Shown here: positions 8,516 through 15,738 of the stretch, piece by piece
How the letters are laid out: every line of letters begins with the position of its first letter
Numbering within the stretch: the stretch's first letter is position 1
IMG/VR virus record: IMGVR_UViG_3300002756_000030
Coordinates: 1-25,969 of that record
DNA length: 25,969 bases
DNA from: a virus
Lineage: Duplodnaviria > Caudoviricetes
Reading direction: 5' to 3' (one strand)
The notes under the pieces: model-generated
What the model was told of the DNA's origin: nothing
The model's database searches: none
Seen by the model: the letters and a program-made list of their open reading frames with translations, nothing else
Translations under genes and position numbers: made by a program

Positions 8516-8784
8516 ACGCGTCCCCGCTCCCACCATCCCTGACCGCCCTCGACTTCACACCCGTCATGTCGTGCAACTGGCAGGGAGGGTGCGCCACGGA
8601 GGCCACTGAAGCCCTCGTGTCCGTGCACCGGTCCGACGCCACCGAGTGCACGCGCGTGTCCTTCTGCACCGGGCACGCCAGCGTGATCCAACGGGCACTC
8701 GCCCCCGTCGCCTATGACCTCGTATGCCACGCCCACAACATCCCCGCCACATGGTCCTGGGATCTCATCGAGGTGGACGCATGA
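8512..8784 (+). CDS. Hypothetical Cys/His-rich protein
   Basis: ATGA overlaps; multiple Cys/His pairs. Confidence 0.65.
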   Translation: MNASPLPPSLTALDFTPVMSCNWQGGCATEATEALVSVHRSDATECTRVSFCTGHASVIQRALAPVAYDLVCHAHNIPATWSWDLIEVDA

Positions 8785-9785
8785 GGCCCCGGCTGCTCGA
8801 CCTGTTCAGTGGCGAGGGTGGCGCGTCCGAGGGGTACCGGCGCGCCGGGTTCGACGTGTACGGCGTGGACCTGTTCAAGCACGCGGACGACAAGGGGCGG
8901 ACGGTCGGCCCTTCCCGTGGCCGCTACCCGTTCCCGTCCGTGCAGGGCGACGTTATCGACGTGCTGAACCTGCTCCTGGCCGGGGAAGTCATCGAGTTCC
9001 TAAGCCCCGAGGGCGCCAATTATGCCGAGTCCCTGGGGCTGTGGGACTTCGCGGCGGCCGCGGCATCACCCCCGTGCCAGGCGTACAGCATCACGAAGCA
9101 CACGCACAACAACGAACACCCCGAGCTCATCGAACCCGTGCGCGAACTGCTCATCCGAACCGGCCTCCCCTACGTCATAGAGAACGTCGTCGGGGCACCA
9201 CTCATCGACCCGCTCATGCTCTGCGGGTCCGAGTTCGGCCTCACCGCATGGGACCCCGCGATCGGGGAGACCGTGCGCCTCGAACGTCACCGCCTGTTCG
9301 AGTCCAACGTGTTCCTCGTCGGCAACGGCGGGTGCCGCCACGACAGGTCCGTGCAAGTCGCCGGCGTGTACGGCGGCGGGTCCTCTGACCGGGGCCACGC
9401 CAAGAACGTCCGCCGCGGCGGATACACGCCAGCCAAGGCCGTCCGCCGCGGCGGATACACGCCAGCCAAGGCCGTCCGCAGCGAACTGCTCGGATGCGAC
9501 TGGATGACCATGTGGGGCCAAGCGCAGTCCCTTCCGCCCGCATTTACACAGTGGATAGGCGAGCAGCTTCTCGACGCGCTGCGTAGCGACGCTTCGACGC
9601 CGCCCGGTTCTTCAACCGAACACACTCGCGGCACTTCCGCTTCCCCTGGTCATAGAACAGATTCTCGCCCGAGTACGGGTGGCCCTGGGGGCAATGCGTC
9701 TTCCGAATGTTCGCTCCCGTCAGAGTCCGCGGCGAACGTCGCGTGTTCTCCTGCGTCGAACAGGGGTCAAGATGTTCCGGCTTAA
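8781..9785 (+). CDS. DNA (cytosine-5) methyltransferase with replaced, extended C-terminus
   Basis: Motif I LLDLFSGEGG, IV ASPPCQ, VI IENV, VIII RHRLFE, X-like SLPPAFTQWIGEQL; last ~80 codons are antisense to the HNH gene. Confidence 0.9.
   Translation: MRPRLLDLFSGEGGASEGYRRAGFDVYGVDLFKHADDKGRTVGPSRGRYPFPSVQGDVIDVLNLLLAGEVIEFLSPEGANYAESLGLWDFAAAAASPPCQAYSITKHTHNNEHPELIEPVRELLIRTGLPYVIENVVGAPLIDPLMLCGSEFGLTAWDPAIGETVRLERHRLFESNVFLVGNGGCRHDRSVQVAGVYGGGSSDRGHAKNVRRGGYTPAKAVRRGGYTPAKAVRSELLGCDWMTMWGQAQSLPPAFTQWIGEQLLDALRSDASTPPGSSTEHTRGTSASPGHRTDSRPSTGGPGGNASSECSLPSESAANVACSPASNRGQDVPA
9408..9479 (+). repeat. Perfect 33-bp in-frame tandem duplication
   Basis: GTCCGCCGCGGCGGATACACGCCAGCCAAGGCC x2 followed by GTCCGC; VRRGGYTPAKA repeated. 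Confidence 0.97.
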
Positions 9786-10044
9786 CGCACAGCCTGTTCA
9801 TGCAGAGGTGGTCGATCGTCGCCCCCGGCGGGATCGGTCCGACGAGGAACTCGTAAGCGAGTCGATGGGCGTACTTCTGCACCCAGATGCCGTCGTCGCG
9901 CTTCACCGAGAGCACGCCATATCCGCTCTTCGCAACCACCCCGGTCCACGTCCAACAATGCTCTTCGCGGACGACTCGTTGCTCGAATCGCAGTCGCGGA
10001 TCGGTTGGCGGCCGTTGCGTGAGCCTTACTCCTCTACGTCCCAT
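9544..10044 (-). CDS. HNH homing-type endonuclease, inverted insertion
   Basis: RFEQRV, CWTWTG, GYGVL, AHRLAYE, IDHLCMNRLCVKPEHL, QEN, THCPQGHPY, CREC; only clearly supported minus-strand gene in the early operon. Confidence 0.93.
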   Translation of the reverse strand: MGRRGVRLTQRPPTDPRLRFEQRVVREEHCWTWTGVVAKSGYGVLSVKRDDGIWVQKYAHRLAYEFLVGPIPPGATIDHLCMNRLCVKPEHLDPCSTQENTRRSPRTLTGANIRKTHCPQGHPYSGENLFYDQGKRKCRECVRLKNRAASKRRYAARREAARLSTV

Positions 10045-10046
10045 GT

Positions 10047-10125
10047 GCCCAACTATACCACCCAATACACGGAGCACATCGGCGCCCAACTGCTCGACCA
10101 CCTGCGCATTGGAGCCGTCGCATGA
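10047..10125 (+). pseudogene. Displaced original 3' end of the cytosine methyltransferase
   Basis: Reads AQ-x-IPP-x-YTEHIGAQLLDHLRIGAVA* with two apparent 1-nt deletions; parallels AQSLPPAFTQWIGEQLLDALR at 9522-9584; keeps ATGA overlap with next gene. Confidence 0.8.
10052..10060 (-). promoter_or_regulatory. Extended -10 element for leaderless HNH transcript
   Basis: Minus strand TGgTATAGT, 7 nt before the ATG at 10044. Confidence 0.6.
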
Positions 10126-10394
10126 CCGCCCACTCTCTCCCGCCGATCGCCCATGAGATGGCGTTCCAGGCGACCCGTCTGCCCGTCCCCGAGCAGGTCC
10201 CGGCGTTGCGTCGTGTCCTCGCATGCCTGGGCTTGGTCGATTACGGGGACGTGTTCGAACCGTTGCCGACCACGTGCGGGCACCCGTCGTCGTTGCTCGT
10301 CCGGTCGGTGGAGTACACGGGGACACGGTGCTCACTGTGCGCGCAGCACAGGCAGGCACGGAAGAACGCGGCACGACGGGCGGTGACCGCATGA
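10122..10394 (+). CDS. Hypothetical protein (CGH...CSLC Zn motif)
   Basis: GGAG RBS, ATGA overlaps. Confidence 0.65.
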   Translation: MTAHSLPPIAHEMAFQATRLPVPEQVPALRRVLACLGLVDYGDVFEPLPTTCGHPSSLLVRSVEYTGTRCSLCAQHRQARKNAARRAVTA

Positions 10395-10648
10395 ACGACT
10401 GGCGTGATCTTGCGTTGTGTCAGTGGGAGCCCCCGGACGACTGGTTCCCGCACCCGTCCGATGAGGCGGGGATCCGGTACGCGAAGGCTGCGTGTCGTGC
10501 GTGCCCGGTGATCCGCGACTGTGCCTCGTGGTCTCTCGAGTTCCGTCCCCGGCTGACGGATGGCGTGTTCGGTGGCATGTCCGAGGCCGACCGGTTGCGG
10601 ATCTGGCGGGCACAGTCACGACAGTCAGCCAGGGACGGTGCGGCATGA
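10391..10648 (+). CDS. WhiB-family (Wbl) Fe-S transcription regulator, phage copy
   Basis: WRDLALC...WFP...AKAACRACPVIRDC...GVFGGMSEADR. Confidence 0.93.
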   Translation: MNDWRDLALCQWEPPDDWFPHPSDEAGIRYAKAACRACPVIRDCASWSLEFRPRLTDGVFGGMSEADRLRIWRAQSRQSARDGAA

Positions 10649-10956
10649 CCCGGGCCCGGTTCGCCACCCCACCAACAGTCGCGGACTACGGGCGCATGAC
10701 CCAACGCGCACGACTCGCAGCCGCCGAAGCCCTCGCAGAACGCCTCGACGCCATCAACCACGCACGCACCCAAGGCCGCCCACCCCTACGCACACCCAAC
10801 GACTGGACACCCGAAGAAACGTGGATGACAGCCCACGCACTCCACCCCATCATCACCGCCCTACACGCAGACCCACCCCACATCATCGACGCCCGACGCG
10901 CCGAACTCCGCGCCGCCGACATCGCATGGAACGCACACAGAAGGGCGGGCGCATGA
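10645..10956 (+). CDS. Hypothetical phage protein
   Basis: ATGA overlaps. Confidence 0.65.
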   Translation: MTRARFATPPTVADYGRMTQRARLAAAEALAERLDAINHARTQGRPPLRTPNDWTPEETWMTAHALHPIITALHADPPHIIDARRAELRAADIAWNAHRRAGA

Positions 10957-11438
10957 CCACGCGGCAAGTGCTCGACCCGGCGTCAGGGTCACGCATGTTC
11001 TGGTTCGACAAGACCGACCCGCGGGCCATCTTCGGAGACATCCGCACCGAAGACCACACCCTCTGCGACGGCCGCGAACTCCACATCGCACCCGACCTCG
11101 AGATGGACTTCCGCAACCTCCCCTTCGCGGCCGCCACCTTCCGGCTCGTCGTACTCGACCCACCCCACCTCGAGCGCGTCGGTGCCGCGTCATGGACCGC
11201 AGCCAAGTACGGGGCCCTCCTGCCCACCTGGCGCGACGACCTTCGCGCCGGATTCACCGAGTGCTTCCGGGTCCTCAAGCCCGGCGGCGTCCTCATCTTC
11301 AAGTGGAACGAGGACCAGATTCCCGTGCGCGACATCCTCGAGTTGACCCCCGAACGCCCACTGTTCGGACACCGGTCCGGGCGCGCATCAAAGACCCACT
11401 GGATCGCCTTCATCAAGGCCGAGGAGGCCCGCGCATGA
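10953..11438 (+). CDS. Small phage class I SAM-dependent methyltransferase (DPPH)
   Basis: VLDPASGSRMFWFDK, LVVLDPPH, ECFRVLKPGGVLIFKWNE. Confidence 0.88.
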   Translation: MTTRQVLDPASGSRMFWFDKTDPRAIFGDIRTEDHTLCDGRELHIAPDLEMDFRNLPFAAATFRLVVLDPPHLERVGAASWTAAKYGALLPTWRDDLRAGFTECFRVLKPGGVLIFKWNEDQIPVRDILELTPERPLFGHRSGRASKTHWIAFIKAEEARA

Positions 11439-11992
11439 CCACCCGCCCCAAAGACATTGGCACGCGCGCTGAAAGTGCCATCGTGCGAGCTGCACGCACC
11501 CGCGGTTTCCCCGGCGCCGACCGACGCACACAAACCGGCCGATACGACCGCGGCGACATCCTCCTATGCCCCGGGATCATCATCGAAGCCAAGGGCGGCG
11601 ACATGGCGAAACGCGCATCCGACACGCTCATCGACGACTGGCTCGACGAAACGCAAACGGAACGCATGAACGCCGGCGCTGAGGTTGCTTTCCTCGTCAC
11701 TCAACGCGCCGGACACGGGCCACAGAACGCACACAACTGGTGGGCACACTGGCGCCTCGGATGGCTCATGGGACTCGACGACCTATTCGCCCCGCCCGCC
11801 GGCCTCGACATTCACACACCCATCCGACTCACCCTCGGAAACACACTCCTAATCCTCCGCGCATGGGGCTGGGGAACACCATTAGGCATGGCTGACGGTG
11901 GTATCATAAAGGGGACAAAGAACGGCCCCCCGCTGGTGCGTCAACACCACAAGGCGGAGGGCCTGACCCCTAGTAAGGAGGGGCTGGTATGA
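11435..11992 (+). CDS. Holliday junction resolvase (PD-(D/E)xK, Hjc-like)
   Basis: KDIGTRAE..IV....RGF, DRGDI, IIIEAK; final ~35 aa look like read-through of a regulatory segment. Confidence 0.8.
   Translation: MTTRPKDIGTRAESAIVRAARTRGFPGADRRTQTGRYDRGDILLCPGIIIEAKGGDMAKRASDTLIDDWLDETQTERMNAGAEVAFLVTQRAGHGPQNAHNWWAHWRLGWLMGLDDLFAPPAGLDIHTPIRLTLGNTLLILRAWGWGTPLGMADGGIIKGTKNGPPLVRQHHKAEGLTPSKEGLV
11899..11988 (+). promoter_or_regulatory. Internal extended -10 promoter with hairpin leader and RBS-sequestering stem
   Basis: TGgTATCAT (11899-11907); stem 11924-11938/11945-11963; CCCCT/AGGGG stem over AAGGAGG. Confidence 0.55.
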
Positions 11993-12222
11993 GCGTACCA
12001 AAGCCACGGGCGATCCACACCACCAGTGCGACCCAAGCGCTGACGCGCGAGACGTTGCTCGCCGCGATCCCGGAGCCACACCTGGCCTGGCTCGAAGGCG
12101 CGAAGCCCGGCAGCCGCCTCGTCTACGACGACGAGCGCACAGAGTTCGGACACCTCTACCCGGACGTCAAGCACGTCCCGCTCAACTGGGCCGTCATCGC
12201 AATCAAGGGCGGTGCCAAGTGA
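11989..12222 (+). CDS. Hypothetical phage protein
   Basis: AAGGAGG RBS; overlaps both neighbours. Confidence 0.7.
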   Translation: MSVPKPRAIHTTSATQALTRETLLAAIPEPHLAWLEGAKPGSRLVYDDERTEFGHLYPDVKHVPLNWAVIAIKGGAK

Positions 12223-12908
12223 GCGTCTACTACTCCGACGAACTGGTCACCCTGTATCACGGGGACTGCCTCGAGCTGTCCGACTGGCTCGAGGCTGACG
12301 TACTCGTGACCGATCCGCCATACGGTCGAGACTGGCGCTCTGGCTCGGGCATGACGAACGCCTTTGGTCGTGGCCGTGGCAGCAAACCCCACGGTGGCAT
12401 CGTGGGCGACAAGGACACGATGACTCGCGATCTCGCCCTAGGTGCATGGGGCAACAGGCCCGCCGTCGTGTTCGGTGACCTGCTCGTCCAGCAGCCTTCC
12501 GGCGCGGTCCAAGCCCTCATCTACGCCAAGCCCGAGGACGCAGGGATCAAGGGTGCCCGGGCAGGGTTCCGCCGCGACGCCGAAGCAATCTACCTCGTCG
12601 GCCCCTGGCCCGTGGGTGTCGGAGGACTGTCGTCCATCATCCACACGAACGGCCTCGTCGCAGGCCCCCGGGGTGTGGCAACACGTGCCGGACATCCGCA
12701 CGCCAAGCCGCTCGACGTGCTCGAGCAGATCCTCGCCACCTGCCCCCCTGGTGTCGTCGCCGACCCGTTCGCCGGTAGCGGTCAGACGCTCATCGCCGCA
12801 AAGGCCCTCGGGCGCCGTGCTATCGGCGTGGAGATCGACGAACGCTACTGCGAGCTAATCGCTAAGCGGATCGCGCAGGATGCGCTCAACTTCGGGGGGG
12901 TCGCCTGA
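12219..12908 (+). CDS. N6-adenine/N4-cytosine DNA methyltransferase (beta-type motif order)
   Basis: LYHGDCLE, VTDPPYG, HPHAKP, VADPFAGSGQT, AIGVEIDERY. Confidence 0.93.
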   Translation: MSVYYSDELVTLYHGDCLELSDWLEADVLVTDPPYGRDWRSGSGMTNAFGRGRGSKPHGGIVGDKDTMTRDLALGAWGNRPAVVFGDLLVQQPSGAVQALIYAKPEDAGIKGARAGFRRDAEAIYLVGPWPVGVGGLSSIIHTNGLVAGPRGVATRAGHPHAKPLDVLEQILATCPPGVVADPFAGSGQTLIAAKALGRRAIGVEIDERYCELIAKRIAQDALNFGGVA

Positions 12909-13507
12909 TGGCCCGAATCCCGGGCGAGTTCGTGCCCCTCGACGTGAACTACTCACACGACCGCGCCATCCGCCAAGCCGGATACCAAGCCGAAATCCTC
13001 TTCATCCGCGGACTCACCTACGCCCGGAAAATGTACAAGGTCACCAACGGGCTCATCCCCGACTACGACCTCCCCTCCATCGCCGCCGGCATCCCCAACT
13101 ACAAGAAGCACGCCGCCACACTCGTCCAAGAACGCCTCTGGATGACAGCTAAGGGCGGGTGGCACATCCGCTCATTCGCCAAGTGGAATCCCGAGATCGA
13201 CCGTGCCGCACAATCCACCGGGGGCGCACTCGGAAACCACAACAGGTGGCACGTGGACGGCAAGTGGTCCCCCGACTGCGTGTTCTGCGGTGCACCACCC
13301 GACGACCGTGACCCCATCGGAAGCGACTCGGAGGGTGATCGGTATACCGATGACCACCGATCCGGAAGCGATCGGTCCCCCGGATCGCTTACCGATCGCT
13401 TCCCATCGCAGAGGGAGAGGGAGAGGGAAGAGGGAGAGAAAGACAAGCGATCCAAGCCTTCATCATCCTCGTCACTTACGTACCGCGAGGGAGGCGACGA
13501 GACATGA
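12908..13507 (+). CDS. Putative replication initiator protein
   Basis: N-terminal domain, GG..GNH.RWH motif, repeat-encoded linker and (ER)n tract typical of phage initiators; position in replication module. Confidence 0.6.
   Translation: MARIPGEFVPLDVNYSHDRAIRQAGYQAEILFIRGLTYARKMYKVTNGLIPDYDLPSIAAGIPNYKKHAATLVQERLWMTAKGGWHIRSFAKWNPEIDRAAQSTGGALGNHNRWHVDGKWSPDCVFCGAPPDDRDPIGSDSEGDRYTDDHRSGSDRSPGSLTDRFPSQREREREEGEKDKRSKPSSSSSLTYREGGDET
13316..13445. repeat. Iteron-like repeats / candidate phage origin within the initiator gene
   Basis: Palindrome ATCGGTATACCGAT (13338-13351); 13-bp inverted repeat 13364-13376/13391-13403; five GATC between 13337 and 13397; polypurine tract about 13410-13443. 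Confidence 0.65.
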
Positions 13508-13986
13508 TGCAAGCGAACGCATCCCGTGACGACTGGGCACAACCACTCGCTGCGCTCGTGGCGTGCATCCGCCGCGACTGGGACACCCCCGGCATCCGCG
13601 CCGCCATCTCCAAGGCCCGGCACCGTGGCACACCCCTCGAGATCGCACGCGCACTACTCACCCTCACCGAGAACAAGGCGCTGAGGACACCAGCACTGCT
13701 CGTCGAGGACGGAGCCCATTGGGGGCCGACCGCACCGGGCGCACCCGTGTCCTCGAGGGCCAAGTGCAGGGTCGACGGCCACGACTATTACCGGCTGCCC
13801 TGCGCGGCGTGCAAAGCCGACGAGCTTGCAGCACTTGCCGGCGCTGTGGACATCGCGGACCCGCCCACGTTGACACCGGAGCAGGCGGCACGGAACCAGG
13901 CCGGGGCGCACGAAGCCCTGGCGCGCATGAGCAGACCACTGGACGGGCGCGAACGAGCGGCCGGGGAACACGAAGGAGACGAGTGA
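13507..13986 (+). CDS. Hypothetical protein with C..H...C..C Zn motif, downstream of initiator
   Basis: CRVDGHDYYRLPCAAC; coupled (alternative start 13504). Confidence 0.7.
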   Translation: MQANASRDDWAQPLAALVACIRRDWDTPGIRAAISKARHRGTPLEIARALLTLTENKALRTPALLVEDGAHWGPTAPGAPVSSRAKCRVDGHDYYRLPCAACKADELAALAGAVDIADPPTLTPEQAARNQAGAHEALARMSRPLDGRERAAGEHEGDE

Positions 13987-14180
13987 TGGCGCATCCGTAC
14001 CCGTATCAGTCAGTCGGGCACGACGCATCGATCAGTGCCGAGCGCGGCGAGGACGACGACACCGTGACCGTGGAGATCGTCATCGGTGACCGCGCTGAGA
14101 TGCGGATCACCATGTGGGCCGAGGAGTTTGAGCGCATGGCCCGTGCCGCCCTCCGCAACGAAGGGAACGACGATGAGTGA
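13986..14180 (+). CDS. Hypothetical phage protein
   Basis: TGATG overlap, GGAG RBS. Confidence 0.65.
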   Translation: MAHPYPYQSVGHDASISAERGEDDDTVTVEIVIGDRAEMRITMWAEEFERMARAALRNEGNDDE

Positions 14181-14631
14181 GCTGGACGTGGCCGCGATCC
14201 GGGCGCGAGCGGAGGCGGCGACACCGGGGCCGTGGACCTACACGGAGGATGAGCCGACACGATCTGCCGTAGCCAACGTGGACGGTCGATGGATCATGTC
14301 GGACGTCCGGCCTAGTGATGACACCGAAGAGGATGCCGACTTCATCGCCCACGCACCCGCAGACATCGCTGCCCTCCTGGACGCTCTCGCCGCCGCCCGT
14401 GCCGAGGTGGAGCGGTTGACCGAGTGGTGGTGCAACGCCGAGACAGCCAGCAACGCCGCCCGCGCCCGTGAGGCCGCGCTACGGGAGGCGGTCGAGGGAC
14501 TGGCGGATGAACACGAGGCCGCGTGGCGGAACTCCTGGTATCGCCCCCAAGAAGACGAGGAGCCGCCACCTCTCGTAAAGGGCCTCCGCGCCGTCCTCGC
14601 TGCCCCCACCGGGACGGAGACGGGGACATGA
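14173..14631 (+). CDS. Ead/Ea22-like phage protein
   Basis: IRARAEAATPGPW...DADFIAHAPADIAALL...EVERL. Confidence 0.7.
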   Translation: MSELDVAAIRARAEAATPGPWTYTEDEPTRSAVANVDGRWIMSDVRPSDDTEEDADFIAHAPADIAALLDALAAARAEVERLTEWWCNAETASNAARAREAALREAVEGLADEHEAAWRNSWYRPQEDEEPPPLVKGLRAVLAAPTGTETGT

Positions 14632-14936
14632 CCTGGGTTTGCGTGTGCGGTCACGACCAACCGAACCACGCCCACGCGATCGGTGGTTGCGGGCTCTGTG
14701 ATTGCGCCTACTTCCGCCGCCCCGCCCCCACCGACCTCACGCCGGACGAACTTGCCGCCCATGACCGGCAGGTGGCCGAGCGGGCATGGGACGAGGGGTA
14801 CGCGCTGGCCATCGCCAACCACAAGCCGTTCCCCGGGTTCTGCACCTGGGGACGCGCCGGCAACCCCTACCGCGCCGACGCCGTGACCCGACAGGCCGAC
14901 ACCCCGGCCGCTGACGACGAGGGAGGGCGGGGGTGA
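14628..14936 (+). CDS. Hypothetical protein (CVCGH...CGLCDC)
   Basis: ATGA overlap; Cys/His cluster; HDRQVAERAWDEGY..NPY module. Confidence 0.65.
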   Translation: MTWVCVCGHDQPNHAHAIGGCGLCDCAYFRRPAPTDLTPDELAAHDRQVAERAWDEGYALAIANHKPFPGFCTWGRAGNPYRADAVTRQADTPAADDEGGRG

Positions 14937-15181
14937 TGGGCGGCATCAACGAGTACGCCGTGACGGCCACTGCGGTGCTGATCTGCGGGCAGTGCCGAGC
15001 ACGGTGGGAATCGCCGGTCTACAACGTGACGGGATGGAAGTCCTACGTCGAAGCCGCCCGGCCCGCGTTCGCGCGCGGCTGGCGGGTCTTTGTCGGCGCC
15101 CGCACCCAGCACACCTACTGCCCAGGACACGGGCCGACCGTGCCGATGCGGCAGGTCTACCCCCAGGACGGTGCCCGATGA
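14936..15181 (+). CDS. Hypothetical protein (CxxC...CPxH)
   Basis: CGQC...ARGWRV...YCPGH. Confidence 0.65.
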   Translation: MGGINEYAVTATAVLICGQCRARWESPVYNVTGWKSYVEAARPAFARGWRVFVGARTQHTYCPGHGPTVPMRQVYPQDGAR

Positions 15182-15738
15182 CCACGCCCGCGCACACGAG
15201 GGCCGTGGCTGAGGTGCTAGTGCAGCACCCGTCGATCCCTGGGCGGGTGTTCGAGTGGCAGTGCCCGACCTGCCGCTCACGTCTCGACGGAGGCCCAAAC
15301 AGCCCGGTCCACGCCCAGCACCAGGCCGACGCCCTCGCCGCCGCCGGTCTGCTGGCCGACCCTGACGCCCTGGCTGCCGCAGAAGCGGAGGTCGAGCGGC
15401 TGCGGGCGGTAATCCCGCGCGAGGACGGCGGTCCACAGGGGTGCAGCCTGCGCTACGGGCACGACGCCGACTGCATCACCAGCGGCGGTGTGACGTGCGA
15501 CGTGGCGAACGCGCTCCCGTTCGTGCCCGCATGGAAGCACGACGCCCTCGCGGCCCGGAACACCGCGCTACGGGAAGCCGTCGAGGCCCGGTGCGCACAA
15601 ATCGAAGCCATGCCCATCCCCGCAGACCCCGGCATGTCCCAGACCGAGATCACCGGCCGGATCGTCGCCACCATCGTCAAGGTGATCCGCGCCGCCTTGG
15701 CTGTGGACGGGGCCGGGCAAGAGGGGCGGCACGGATGA
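15178..15738 (+). CDS. Hypothetical mosaic phage protein
   Basis: CPTC...HAQHQAD Zn module plus coiled-coil segments; ATGA overlaps. Confidence 0.65.
   Translation: MTTPAHTRAVAEVLVQHPSIPGRVFEWQCPTCRSRLDGGPNSPVHAQHQADALAAAGLLADPDALAAAEAEVERLRAVIPREDGGPQGCSLRYGHDADCITSGGVTCDVANALPFVPAWKHDALAARNTALREAVEARCAQIEAMPIPADPGMSQTEITGRIVATIVKVIRAALAVDGAGQEGRHG

Noticed and set aside
9530-10050. Group I intron or intein in the methyltransferase
   Set aside because: The HNH is antisense, no intein splice residues or intron core were recognised, and the downstream remnant is frameshifted
10045-10392. Long N-terminal extension of the minus-strand HNH (282-aa ORF call)
   Set aside because: Overlaps coupled plus-strand genes; HNH similarity and a -10 element point to the ATG at 10044
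1735-11438. ssrA-like C-terminal Ala-Ala degradation tags on Cro, HNH, exonuclease and WhiB
   Set aside because: Largely explained by GCATGA/GCGTGA stop-start overlaps; cannot be supported from sequence alone
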